A program made the position numbers and the translations under genes. The notes below the pieces were generated by a model. It worked only from the letters and a program-made list of their open reading frames with translations, did no database searches and was not told the origin of the DNA. Of a DNA stretch of 64,000 nt, positions 14,231-24,642 are shown in pieces. Numbering within the stretch: the first letter of the stretch is position 1; each line of letters begins with the position of its first letter. The DNA comes from an uncultured delta proteobacterium (GTDB lineage Bacteria > Myxococcota_A > Polyangia > Polyangiales > Polyangiaceae), in assembly GCA_963763745.1 (NCBI GenBank), contig CAVXQJ010000001.1, forward strand, positions 130,431 through 194,430. Direction: 5' to 3'.

Positions 14231-15313
14231 TCAGAATCGATAGAGCGCGCGCGCCATCGTGCCGCCGAGAACGATGGGTTCTGCTCCGCCGAACGCGCTC
14301 TCGACGTCGAACGCGACTTCGAGCTGCACGTGCTCGCCGAAACCGATCGACGCGAACGCGTCCGTGCGGAAGAGAAAACGCGATTCGAGATCTCCGCTCG
14401 TCACGAAGAAGCCGCCGATCGTGATCTCGGGGCCGACGAAGATGCGGAGCTTCGGCACGATCGGGATCGCCCAGCGCGCGCCGACATCGAGCACCACGGA
14501 GCCCGGTCCGTAGAACGCGCCGCCGAGATCCGCGCGCAGCGCGATGCCGCGGAAGAGCGACGGAAAACGCTCCGCGGAGAGCGGCGCGTATTCGAACGAG
14601 ATCGTCCCGTTGAAGGCGAACGTCGACAAACCATTTCCGCCCGTCGGATGCGCGAACGCTCCGTCGATTCCGAGACCGACGCCGAGCGCAAACGGCGCGT
14701 GGATTCCGTAGCCGCGATCGGGCTCGGGCGGCGGCGGCGGAGGCGGAGGCGGGGGCGGCGGCGGCGGCGGAGGTGGAGGCGGGGGCGGCGGCGGCGGCGG
14801 TTTGACGACCTCGTTCTCCCACGGGATCTCGGCGTTTGCGATTCCCTCGGGACGCAGCAGCAGCGCGAGCATCTCGGCGATCTGGTTGTTGGCCTTCTTT
14901 GGATCGATCTCGCGCGCGAGCGACTCGACGCGTCCACTGTCGACCTGACACGCTTCGACTTCGATTCGATACGAACCAGGAACCGCGCCCGGCCCGAGGT
15001 GCGGCGCGACGTGCCCGACGACGACCCACTGCGACGACGACGCGCGCCCCGCGGCTTGGTACTCCGCTTTCGTGTCGGCGACGCCGTCGGCGACGGCGAC
15101 TTGCGCGGTCGTCAGCTCGGAATCCGTTGCGGGCGTGAAGGCGCGCTGCATCACCGCGCCGAGCGTCGCGCTGCGCGCGGCGTCGAGCTGCTCTTTCGTC
15201 GCGTTGCCCCCAGACGCGGGCAAGAACGGCATCACCGCGACTTTGTCCGCGAGCGCGCTCGCGGCGATGAATGTGACGAACGAGAATGCGATGGCGGAGA
15301 AGAAGCGTTTCAT
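14231..15313 (-). CDS. secreted protein with a 27-residue polyproline linker and a C-terminal Gly-rich domain
   Basis: Signal peptide MKRFFSAIAFSFVTFIAASALA, then a P27 run, then a Gly/aromatic-rich C-terminal region reminiscent of beta-barrel-like domains. Confidence 0.6.
   Translation of the reverse strand: MKRFFSAIAFSFVTFIAASALADKVAVMPFLPASGGNATKEQLDAARSATLGAVMQRAFTPATDSELTTAQVAVADGVADTKAEYQAAGRASSSQWVVVGHVAPHLGPGAVPGSYRIEVEACQVDSGRVESLAREIDPKKANNQIAEMLALLLRPEGIANAEIPWENEVVKPPPPPPPPPPPPPPPPPPPPPPPPPEPDRGYGIHAPFALGVGLGIDGAFAHPTGGNGLSTFAFNGTISFEYAPLSAERFPSLFRGIALRADLGGAFYGPGSVVLDVGARWAIPIVPKLRIFVGPEITIGGFFVTSGDLESRFLFRTDAFASIGFGEHVQLEVAFDVESAFGGAEPIVLGGTMARALYRF
14724..14800. repeat. (GGC/GGN)n simple-sequence repeat, codes the polyproline run on the minus strand
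   Basis: ggcggcggcggaggcggaggcgggggcggcggc... runs for about 77 bp. Confidence 0.8.
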
Positions 15314-15357
15314 ACGCAGCTCTTCCGGCCGCTCGCGAACAATCACCTTGTAGCGCA

Positions 15358-16832
15358 TCAAGCCGGTTCCGGCTCGCCATCTTTCTCTTTCTCGGGCTCT
15401 TTCTCGTCGTCGTCTTCCTTGCCGGCTGGCTTCTTCGGAGCTTCCTCTTCCTCGGGCTCCGCTTCTTCTTCCTCTTCTTCTTCGGGCTCCGGCTCGGGCT
15501 CCGCTTCTGCCTTCTTCTTTTTCTTCTTCTTCTCTTCGGGGAGGCCGAGCTCCATCGCCTGCTTCGGGTTCTTGCGCGCCTCTTCCCAGAGCTTCGCGTA
15601 GAAGTACGAGACGATCGACCGCGCTGATCACGCCGATGAACTGGCTCGTCGACAAGTTGTACGGGTCCGCCTCGAACTGCGCGGGCTTGAGCGTCGACGA
15701 ACGCGACGATCGCCGGCAGGACCGACAACACGCGCGCCGCCGTGCGCACGCTCTTGTTCGGGATGCCCAGCGAGATGCCGAAGATGAACGCGAGCGCGAA
15801 GAGGAGAGCGCCGCCCGAGATGAGCAGGTAGCGATCCATCGCGGCGGCACGTTCCCGCGCTCTTCGTCGTCGCGAAAGAGCTCGAGCAGGAAACGCAAGA
15901 AGCCGTACGCGAACACGAACATGAAGAAAATCTGCCCGCGGAATTTCTGATGCTTCCGATGCCACGAGCAAAAGCAGAAGCAGCCCGAGACCGACGAGCG
16001 ACTCGTAGATCTGCGTCGGGTGCACCGGGAAGGAGTGCTCCTTCAGGTTCATGCACTGCGCGATGGTGTAGCCGGCCAGTTCTCTTGGCAGGCCTTCAAG
16101 TGGTGCGCGAAGGGGATGCTGCCGACGAGCGCGGAGCCTTTGTCGTCGTAGCCGAGCGTGCCGTCGGGCAGGTGCGGGAAGGTGCCGAGCTTCTGCAGCC
16201 AGCCTGGCGCGGTCGGCCGAGAGGCGCGTTCCGAAGTCGCAGCCGAAGAGGTAGCAACCGATGCGCGTGATGAGCAGACCCGACGCGAGGCTCGGCACCG
16301 CGACGTCCGCCCACGGGAGCAGCCGGATGTTCTGGCGCGAGAGATACAGCCAGCTCCCGAGGAAGCCGCCGATGAATCCGCCGTACGCGACGAGCCCGCC
16401 GCGCCGGAGCGCGAAGCAATCCGCGGTCGTGTCGAACTGGCTCGGAGTTCGTGAGGATGTAGAGGATGCGCGAGCCGACGAGCGCGGCGATCGCCGTGAT
16501 GACGTAGCAGTTCGCCATCGTCTCGTTCGGCAGGCCGTCGCGCGTCGCGAGGCCGAGCGTGAAGAACCAGCCGACGATGAGCGACGAGGCCGAGCATGAC
16601 GCCGTACGAATAAATCGGGAGCGCCTCGAGCTTGTACTCGGTCGTGCGCCAGTAGTACGCGCCCGCGATCGCGAAGATCGCGACGCCGAAGCCGGTGAAG
16701 CTCTCGTCGCGAATGCTGCTTTCGGCGAGACCACCCGCCGTAGAGCGCGCCGAGCACCGCGAGCGCGACGAGCGCCCACCAGAGCTTCAGCGGGCGGTTG
16801 GGAAGCGGGATCCGAAAAAGGATGGGATGCAT
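15358..16832 (-). pseudogene. lgt: prolipoprotein diacylglyceryl transferase Lgt with an acidic KE-rich C-terminal tail, split over at least 4 frames
   Basis: Lgt signatures are present but scattered across frames: N-terminal MHPILFRIPLP, the HPTQIYESLVGL signature, LIVGWFFTLGLATRDG, YGFLRFLLELFRDD and a tail YFYAKLWEEARKNPKQAMELGLPEEKKKKKKK. Confidence 0.7.
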
Positions 16833-16861
16833 GCGGGACGTCTCCCCGGATGTACTCGCAA

Positions 16862-17783
16862 GGCATGCCGATGTCGACTAAACCGCGGCTCGTGAAAGCA
16901 CGCATGACGCGCGTGCCTCTTCTCGTTTCTGCGCGATCTCGGCGCGGCGTGCGTGCCGCCGGGCAACAGCATCACGACGACGCGGGAACGCAACACGGCG
17001 CGACGCCGCCCCCACGGCGCCACGAGCTGTTCGCCCGCTCGACGGACGTCATGACGGCGCCCTTCGAGGACAACTTCGATCGCGCGCCGACGCCGCTCGT
17101 CATGCCCTCCGCCTGCTGCCTCGGTCTCCGCGTCCGCGTCCGCCTCCGCGCTCGCGTTCCCGCGATTCGGCGTCGCGCCCACCGCGACGCGCGAGCTCGC
17201 CGACGGCGATGGGCGAAGATCTCGGACCGAACTGGCACCAGGCGGCAAACGCAGCGCGTGGCACATCGAGAACGGCCGCCTCTGCGGTCAGACACGCGCA
17301 AAACCACGGCGTGTGGCTGAACCAAGATCCTCCCGGTCAACGCGCGCATCGAGTTCGACGCGATCACCGACTCGACCGACGGGCGACCTGAAGGCCGAGG
17401 TCTGGGGCGACGGCCAATCCGCACGCGACGGCGCATGTCGTACACGAACGCGACGAGCTACCTCACGATCCTCGGCGGCTGGAAGAACAAGTTCCACGTG
17501 CTCGCGCGCATCAACGAGCACGGCAACGATCGCAAGGAAATCAAGGTCGATCCGCGAGTCCGACGATCCGCAGCGAAAAACCGGTCGTCGCCGGCCAGAT
17601 CTACCACTTCAAAATCGAGCGGACCGACGGCCACACCGTCCATTGGTCCGTCGACGGCTCGAGCAGTACCTCACCTACGACGACCCGACGCCGCTCGTCG
17701 GCATGGGCCACGACCATTTCGGCTTCAACGATTGGGAAGTGAAAGTCTGCTTCGACAACGTGAAGGTCATGCCGCTCCCTTGA
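16862..17783 (+). pseudogene. secreted LamG/DUF1080-like protein, split over about 3 frames
   Basis: N-terminal MPMSTKPRLVKARMTRVPLL; the conserved-looking pieces AWHIENGRLCGQ, SYLTILGGWKNKFHVLARINEHGNDRKEIKVD, KPVVAGQIYHFKIERTDGHTVHWSVDG and YLTYDDPTPLVGMGHDHFGFNDWEVKVCFDNVKVMPL are in different frames. Confidence 0.45.
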
Positions 17784-17797
17784 GCTAATCTCGCACT

Positions 17798-18672
17798 GTG
17801 GAGTCGGCCGAGATCGAGACGCTCGTCAACGAGCTCGAGACGCGCGTCGATCGTTTGCGCGCGCTCTACGAGCAATACTTCATGGGCATCGAGCGCCTCG
17901 CGCCGGCGGTCGCCGCACAAAGACGTCGAGCGTCGCATCCAGGTCATGCGCAAAGAGCAGATCCGCAACACGGGCGTGCGCTTTCGCTTTCAGATGATCA
18001 TCCAGCGGTACAACACCTACCAAACGCATTGGCAGCGCATCTGCCGGCAGATCGAGGAAGGGACGTACAAGCGCGATCGACTGCGCGCCGAGCGGCGGTT
18101 CAAACCTGCGGCGGTCGACGCGGCACCCGAATCGATCGACGTGACGTTCTCGAGCGCGCCGCCGCCGATGGCGCCCGAGCCTCCGACGAAGCCCGTGCAA
18201 GTGATCCCGACGCTCGAGCTCGACGACATCGGCGATCTCGACGCCATCCTCAACGCACCCCCTTCGAAGCCACTGCCGAAAGCCCCCGCCCCCGCGCCTG
18301 CCGCGAAGCCGCTCCCCCCACGCCCCGTTTGGCGCAAAGTCGAAAAAGACCGCCCCCATCGCTGCCCCCGCCCCCGCTCCTGCGCCCGCACCCGTCCAAG
18401 CGCGTCCCGCTCAACCTCCCAAGCCTCCGCCTCCTCCCGTTCCAAAATCGCCCGCCGATCTCCCGGACACGCGCCTTCGGCAGCTCTACGCGCAGTACGT
18501 CCAAACGCGTCGCTCGCAGAACGAGTCGACCGCGGCGATCACGTACGACGCGCTCGCCAAGAGCCTCCGCGAGTCGAGCGCGAAATTACGCGAAAAACAC
18601 GGCAAATCCGTCGATTTCGAGGTCACCGTCAAAGACGGCAAGACCATCCTGAAACCCGTCGTGAAGGGCTAA
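17798..18672 (+). pseudogene. hypothetical protein with a Pro-rich central linker, frameshifted
   Basis: MESAEIETLVNELETRVDRLRALYEQYFMGIERL, then IRNTGVRFRFQMIIQRYNTYQTHWQRICRQIEEGTYKRDRLRAERRF, and a C-terminal TYDALAKSLRESSAKLREKHGKSVDFEVTVKDGKTILKPVVKG, in three frames. Confidence 0.4.
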
Positions 18673-18727
18673 GTTCGGATCCGAACTTTGGATTGTCTGG
18701 CCTGCAGCCCGTAGCCCGTAGCCCGAC

Positions 18728-18994
18728 CTAATGACTGAGGCGCGCGGCGACCCGTGCGGAGAGCGGCGTCTCGTCGTCTTCGCTGCAAAAGAGAATCGCG
18801 CAGTGCTGGAGATCGGCGCGGCGCATGCGCGTGCAGAGCTCGACGAGGTCCTCATCCGAGTCGACGATCGAGCCTTCGATGACTTGCGAAGTCTTCATGT
18901 CGTAGCGGCACTCGTCGAGCGCCACCCAGCGCCCGCGAAGAAGACCGTCTTGTTTTGCTTGCTGAAGGGAGAGACCGCGCATTCGTTTGCGCAC
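18728..18994 (-). CDS. small hypothetical protein (DUF5678-like?)
   Basis: 88-aa ORF containing GRWVALDECRYDMKTSQVIEGSIVDSDEDLVELCTRMRR; protein-like composition. Confidence 0.35.
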   Translation of the reverse strand: MRKRMRGLSLQQAKQDGLLRGRWVALDECRYDMKTSQVIEGSIVDSDEDLVELCTRMRRADLQHCAILFCSEDDETPLSARVAARLSH

Positions 18995-19053
18995 TACCTA
19001 CCCTCTCGGCGCGGGGGCGGTCAAGAAAGGGTGTGGTACGTTTCGCGTGCGCC

Positions 19054-20338
19054 ATGGACACCGCAGCTCAAGCAATCGAGCGCGCCGTTCGCGAAATTCC
19101 CTTTTATGCGCGCCACCGGGAGGCGCTGCCCGAGGGCGCGGCGCTCGCCGACGTCCTCAAGAACCTCCCGCTCTTGTTCAAGAAAGACGTGCGGCGCGCG
19201 CTGCCGAAGTCCTGGGTGCCCGCAGGGCGCGACGTGAAGGCCGACCTCGAGTCGGGCGAGCTCGAGATCGTCGAGACGAGCGGCTCGACCGATGACCGGC
19301 TCAACATTCTCTGGGACCGCGGGTGGTGGCTCAAACAAGAAGAGCGCGCGATGCGGACGAACGGGCGCGTCGCGCGGGCGATGGACGGCGAGCTCGGTCC
19401 GTACCGCGAAGCGATCTCTGACGACGCCGGTGTGCGGCGGCGGGCAGTGTCACATCGGCGATCTCTCGTACGAGGAGCGCCTCGAGGATCATCGCATCTT
19501 CCTCAACATGCGCGCCGACCCGACGTTCTGGCAGGACGCCGACAAGACGCGCATGCTCGACGAGCTCGAGAGGCACGAGACCATCGGTCTCGAAGCGGAC
19601 CCCGCGTATCTCGCGGCGCTCGCGCTTCACGCGGAGAAAATCTCGCGCCGCATCGCCGCGACGGGTTTCACGCAGCTCACCTACGCATCGACGACGCGCG
19701 CGCACCTGCGATCGATTCGCCGCGCATATGACGGTCCGCTCTTTCAGCTTTATGGCGCGAGCGAGGTGGGCGTGTTGTTCATGGAGGGCGAAGACGGTCT
19801 CCTTCACCATTCGCCTTTCACGACGCACGTCGAGCTTCTTCCGGCGCGCGTCGAGACGCCTGGTGCGAAGGACGTCGCGCTCGTCGTCGTGACGACGCTC
19901 GATCGCATCGCGCAGCCGCTCCTTCGGTTCGTCGTCGGCGATCTCGTGTCCGTCGATTGGCAGGGGCCGCGAAAATTCTCGAACGTCGCGCCGCTGCGCT
20001 CGATCGAAGGACGCGTGCAAGACGCGGTGGCTCGTCGTGACGGCGCCCTCGTGACGACCGGCGCGATCGATCGCGCGCTCGACGCGCTCTCCGCGGGCAT
20101 CGAGCAGTTTCAAGTGCGGCAAGCGACGCCCGACGCGGTGGAGGTGGACGTCGTCGCGCGATCGTCCGCGAGCGCTTCGCTCAACGACGACGTGCGCTCC
20201 GCGCTCGCGCCGCTGTTCGGCGATTTGACGATGACCGTGCGCGACGTGACCGCCGTGGCCGCGGAGCCGAGCGGGAAGTTCCGCGTGTGCAAGCGCGATT
20301 TTCCGATCGACTACGCGAATTCGTTCGAGATTGCATGA
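19054..20338 (+). CDS. CapK/PaaK-family adenylate-forming enzyme (phenylacetate-CoA ligase / F390 synthetase-like), one frameshift near 19420
   Basis: ETSGSTDDRLNILWDRGWW AMP-binding-type motif, a CGGGQCH motif and the downstream fold. The N-terminal 120 aa are in another frame; its stop overlaps the next gene's start (ATGA). Confidence 0.65.
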
Positions 20339-21552
20339 GCGGCGACGCGCTCGGACAGCGCGTTCGCCGCGAGTTCCCGCTGCTCGCGCAAAAGGTCGGG
20401 GACCTGCCGCTCGTGTTCTTGGATGCCGCGTCGACGACGCCGAAACCGCGCGTCGTCATCGACGCCGTGCGCGATCACTACGAGACGTCGCACCGCGAAC
20501 GTGCATCGCGGCGTTCACCCGCTCGGCGAGCTCGCGACGCAACGCTACGAAGCCGCGCGACTCGAGATCGCGAGCCTCATCGGCGCATCACCGAGCGAGA
20601 TCGTGTTTTGTCGCGGAACGACCGAGGCCATCAACTTGGTCGCGCACGGGCTCGAGCTCGGCTCGGACGACGAAGTGATTTTCCCGCGAGCGAGCACCAC
20701 GCGAATTTCCTTCCGTGGCGCGTGCGCGCAAAACCGATCATCTTGCCCATCGACGAAGGCGGCGTGCCGCGCTGGGAGATGGCCCCGAAGCTCTTCTCGC
20801 CGAAGACGCGCCTCCTCGCGTTCGCGCACGCGTCGAACGTGACGGGCGCGATCGCGCCGGTGCGCGAGATGGTGGAGCTCGCGCGTGCGCACGGCGTTCC
20901 CGTTCTCCTCGATGCGGCGCAGTCGCTCAGCCACGTGCCCATCGACGTGCGCACGCTCGGCGTGGATTTTCTCGCGGCGAGCTCGCACAAAGCGTTCGGG
21001 CCGAGCGGCGTCGGGATTCTCTACGCGAAAAAAGAAAAGCTCGGAAAGCTCGCGCTCTATCAAGTCGGCGGCGGGATGGTCGCGCACAACCGCGATGGCG
21101 GATCATGCGGACTTCGTTCCGCTCGACGCGCCTTTTCGTTTCGAAGCGGGCACGCCCGCGATCGAGGCGGCGATCGGATTCGGCGCCGCGGTGAGATTCC
21201 TCCGGAGCCTCGGGTGGGACGCGCTGCGCGCGCACGAGCACGCGCTCGCCGAGCGGCTCTTCGGGAAGCTCGGAGAAATTCCGGGCGTGAAGATCCTCGC
21301 GTCGCGATCGCTTTCGTCGCGAGCGCTCGCGCTCGCGACGTTCGTCGTCGACACGCCGGGCGTCGAGCAAGAGCACGTCGCGCGCATGCTCGCGGACAAC
21401 GCGGGCATCTGCGTGTCCGGCGGTTACCACTGCACGCACGTGCTTCACGCGCGAACGAAATTGAGGGCACCGTCCGCGCGAGCGCGCACGTCTACAACAC
21501 GTTCGAAGACGTCGACGTGCTCGTGAACGCCGTGCGCGAGATCGCGAGCTAA
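20335..21552 (+). pseudogene. cysteine desulfurase (SufS/CsdA-like class V aminotransferase), split over at least 4 frames
   Basis: FLDAASTTPKPRVVIDAV, NVHRGVHPLGELATQRYEAAR, AFAHASNVTGAIAPV, SSHKAFGPSGVGILY, SGGYHCTHVL and a C-terminal RASAHVYNTFEDVD all alternate between frames. Confidence 0.7.
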
Positions 21553-21553
21553 A

Positions 21554-22450
21554 TCAGCGCCGCCTGCGCGGGCGGCGAATCGCGATGACGCCCGCGGTCG
21601 GTGCGGGCTCGGGATCCATCGGTGGGAGTGCGAGCACGAGACGCTCGATGAGGAGCAAGTGATCGCGTAGCGCGCGCTCGGCGCGGAGCATGTCGAACGC
21701 TTTGTCGAACACGAGGATCAGCACGTAAATCGCGGCGAAGCTGCGCGCGACGACGCCGTAGTGCTCGGTGCGAACGTTGTAGGCGAGGTGGCCACCGCGG
21801 TGGAGCTGCGACGTCACGGGGAGCGCGCGAATCTCGGCGACGGCGCGCGTCGTCAGCGGCGAAGGTTGCCCCGGTGGCGGCGTCTGCGAGCTTCGCTCCT
21901 TGTCGTCGTCGTCGTCGTCGCCTGCGTCGAGCGCGGCGATGAGATCGCGGTGCGACTCGTGGATGCGCTCGACGCGTTTGCGCGCCTCCGCGTTGAGCGG
22001 GATGACGTTCGCTTTCGTCGTCGCGATGGGACCGGCGACCGCGCCCCACACGATCGGCGAGTGCGCGTCGATGACGAGCGCGTCGACCGCTTCGGCGCGC
22101 GTGGCGAGCGCTTCGAGCTCGCGACGCAGCGAGCCGCGATTCGATCTGCGACGAACGCGCTCTTCGTTTTTCTGAGCGCCTTCGATCGCGCTCGCGAACG
22201 CCGACGAAAGCATGTCGAGACGTCGCTGGCGCGCGTCGAGGTCGGGCGGCGTCTCGTCGAACTGCACGACGACGTCCGTGCGCTCGCCGAGCGCCGCGAT
22301 GAGCACGAGCGCCGACGGCGCAGTCGTCCCGCGAGGCTCGGCGCGCACGTCCGCGGCGTCCATCTCACGCGCGACGAGCTCGAGAAATCGCGAGAGAGCG
22401 TCCTCGCTCACTGGATGGTCGAAGCCTTCGCGCGGCGCATCAGCTTGGCG
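21554..22450 (-). CDS. hypothetical protein (Asp-rich patch)
   Basis: ORF downstream of the histidine-kinase gene with protein-like composition (ALVIDAHSPIVWGAVAGPIATTKANVIPLNAEARKRV...). The 5' boundary is uncertain because of the frameshifted REC domain upstream. Confidence 0.35.
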   Translation of the reverse strand, partial: RQADAPREGFDHPVSEDALSRFLELVAREMDAADVRAEPRGTTAPSALVLIAALGERTDVVVQFDETPPDLDARQRRLDMLSSAFASAIEGAQKNEERVRRRSNRGSLRRELEALATRAEAVDALVIDAHSPIVWGAVAGPIATTKANVIPLNAEARKRVERIHESHRDLIAALDAGDDDDDDKERSSQTPPPGQPSPLTTRAVAEIRALPVTSQLHRGGHLAYNVRTEHYGVVARSFAAIYVLILVFDKAFDMLRAERALRDHLLLIERLVLALPPMDPEPAPTAGVIAIRRPRRRR

Positions 22451-23975
22451 AGCTGGCGCATCTCGAACGGCTTCTCGAGGAAAGGCAGGCCGACGCGCTC
22501 GATGAACTCGAGCGTTCCGCCGGTGGGCGTGCCGCCCGTCATGAAGACGAAGCGGTCGCGAAGGTCGGGGATGCGTTTGCACGACTTGCTCGAACAGCTC
22601 GATTCCGGTCACGTCGGGCATCATGATATCGCAAAGCACGAGGTCGAAGCGATCGTCGTGTCGAGAGAAGCTCGATCGCTTGCTCGGCGGAGCTCGCGAG
22701 CTCGATGTCGGCCTCCGACCCGATTGCGCGGCGCAGCGAGGAAAGCAGCGTCAGCTCGTCGTCGATGATGAGCAGCCTCTGGCGCATCTCGGGAGCAGTC
22801 GTACCCGAGCCCGCTTCGCGAACGGAAGAGCGAGGTGTCGTCACGGGGAAGCGCAATCGGAACGTCGAGCCTACGCGCTCCTCGCTCTCCACGCTGATCA
22901 ATCCGTTCGACGCGTGCACCACGGCGAGGACCATCGTGAGCCCGAGCCCGGTCGCTACGTCGATCGGTTTGCGCGAATAGAACGGATCGAAGATGCGCGA
23001 TTGAACGGCCGGCCCCATCCCGCAACCGTTGTCGCTCACTTCGACGACGACCATTCCGTCGCTCGCGTCGAGGCGCGTGCGCACCACGATCTCGAGCGGC
23101 GTCGTGCTGCCCTCCGCGCTCGATTGAACGGCGTTGCGCAAGAGCGCGAGGAACGCTTGCGTGAGGCGCGTCGCGCTCGCTTCGATCAACGCGACGGACT
23201 CGTATTGCTTCACGATGCGGCCACGCTCGCCGAGCTCGGCGACCGCGGTGGCGCACGCCGTGTCGAGGAGAGACCGAACGTCCACCATGCCGAGCTGCGT
23301 GTCGTCGGTGCGCGAGCACTCGCGCAGAGAGCGCACGAGCCGCGCGATTCGCTCTGCGCCTTCGCGCGCGTCGGCGATCGCGCCGAGCATGTCCGACAAG
23401 AGGTCGTGCTGCTCGTCGTCGAACGACGGCGCGCACTCGCGCAAGAACGGAGGGAGCTCTTCCGCGAGAAAATTCAGGTTGGCGAGCACGTACGCGAGCG
23501 GGTTGTTGAGCTGATGCGAGATGCCCGCGCTGAGCGCTGCGATGAGCGCGAGTTGGTCCGTGCGCCGCGCGCGCTCCGACGACGTCGCGTCGCGCACGTG
23601 AACGACGAACCCTTCGCCGTCGGCGAGCGCAACGGGCGAAGCGGTCACCGCGAGGTGCACCACGCGCCCATCCGTGCGCAGCCACTTTTGCGAGTGCGTC
23701 TCGTTCGGCGGAGTCGCGTTCAACCACGCTTCGTAATCCACCGCGTCGACGACGACGCTCACCGGTCGCGCTGCGAGCTCGGCGAGAGAGCTCGGACCCA
23801 GCATCGCGAGGAGCTGCGCGTTCGCATAGAGGAACGCATCGTTCTCTACGACGCAGACGCCGCCGTCGACGTGGTCGAGCAGCTTCCCGAGATCGTCACC
23901 GAGCGCACGCGACAAGCCGGAGCGTGGCGGCGTCGTGGATCTTCGTTCGTCGAGCGGCTTCGGACCCCGCGCCAT
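22400..23975 (-). CDS. hybrid sensor histidine kinase/response regulator (PAS-HisKA-HATPase-REC), with the REC domain frameshifted
   Basis: H-box AALSAGISHQLNNPL and the ATPase G-boxes DNGCGM and GLGLTMV, then the REC domain RLLIIDDELTLLSSLRRAIG. The REC continuation LCDIMMPDVTGIELFE is in another frame. Confidence 0.7.
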
Positions 23976-24036
23976 CGTTACCTTTCCAAAATAGAAACGG
24001 CTCCAGCCATGATCAATTAAGCCGTAAACTCATGGA

Positions 24037-24642
24037 GTGTCCACGAGTACCGCGCTCTTGATCGAGTCCGAGGCGAGCGCCGACCCCTTCGTGCAGTTCG
24101 GCTTTTGGTTCGCGGCCGCCCAAAATCTGCCCGAGCCGACGGCGATGGCCCTCGCGACTGCCACGCCGGACGGCGCCCCCAGCGTCCGCATGGTGCTCCT
24201 GAAAGAGTGGGGCGAGCGCGGCTTCGTCTTCTTCACGAACTACGACAGCCGCAAAGGGCGCGAGCTCGCGAGCAACGGGCAGGCGGCGCTCCTCTTCTTT
24301 TGGGCCACGCTCCAGCGGCAAATTCGCGTCGAAGGCCGGGTGACGCGCGTCACGCGTGAAGAGTCCGCAGCCTATTTCCGCACGCGCGCACGCGGAGCGC
24401 AGATCGGCGCGTGGGCGTCCGCGCAGAGCCGCGTCGTCGAGCGCGACGCGCTCGCCCGCCGTGTGGAAGAGCTCGAACAGGAATACGAAGGCCGCGAGGT
24501 CCCCGTTCCCCCGTATTGGGGCGGTTTTCTCGTCGAACCAGCGCGTTTCGAGTTCTGGCAAGGGCGCGACCATCGCCTGCACGACCGCCTCGCGTACGTT
24601 CGCGAGGAAGACAAATGGCGCATCGAACGTCTCTCTCCTTGA
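24037..24642 (+). CDS. pdxH: pyridoxamine 5'-phosphate oxidase
   Basis: Full-length match to the PdxH pattern (RMVLLKEWGERGFVFFTNYDSRKGRELASN, YWGGFLVEP, FEFWQGR, LHDRLAY). Confidence 0.9.
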   Translation: MSTSTALLIESEASADPFVQFGFWFAAAQNLPEPTAMALATATPDGAPSVRMVLLKEWGERGFVFFTNYDSRKGRELASNGQAALLFFWATLQRQIRVEGRVTRVTREESAAYFRTRARGAQIGAWASAQSRVVERDALARRVEELEQEYEGREVPVPPYWGGFLVEPARFEFWQGRDHRLHDRLAYVREEDKWRIERLSP

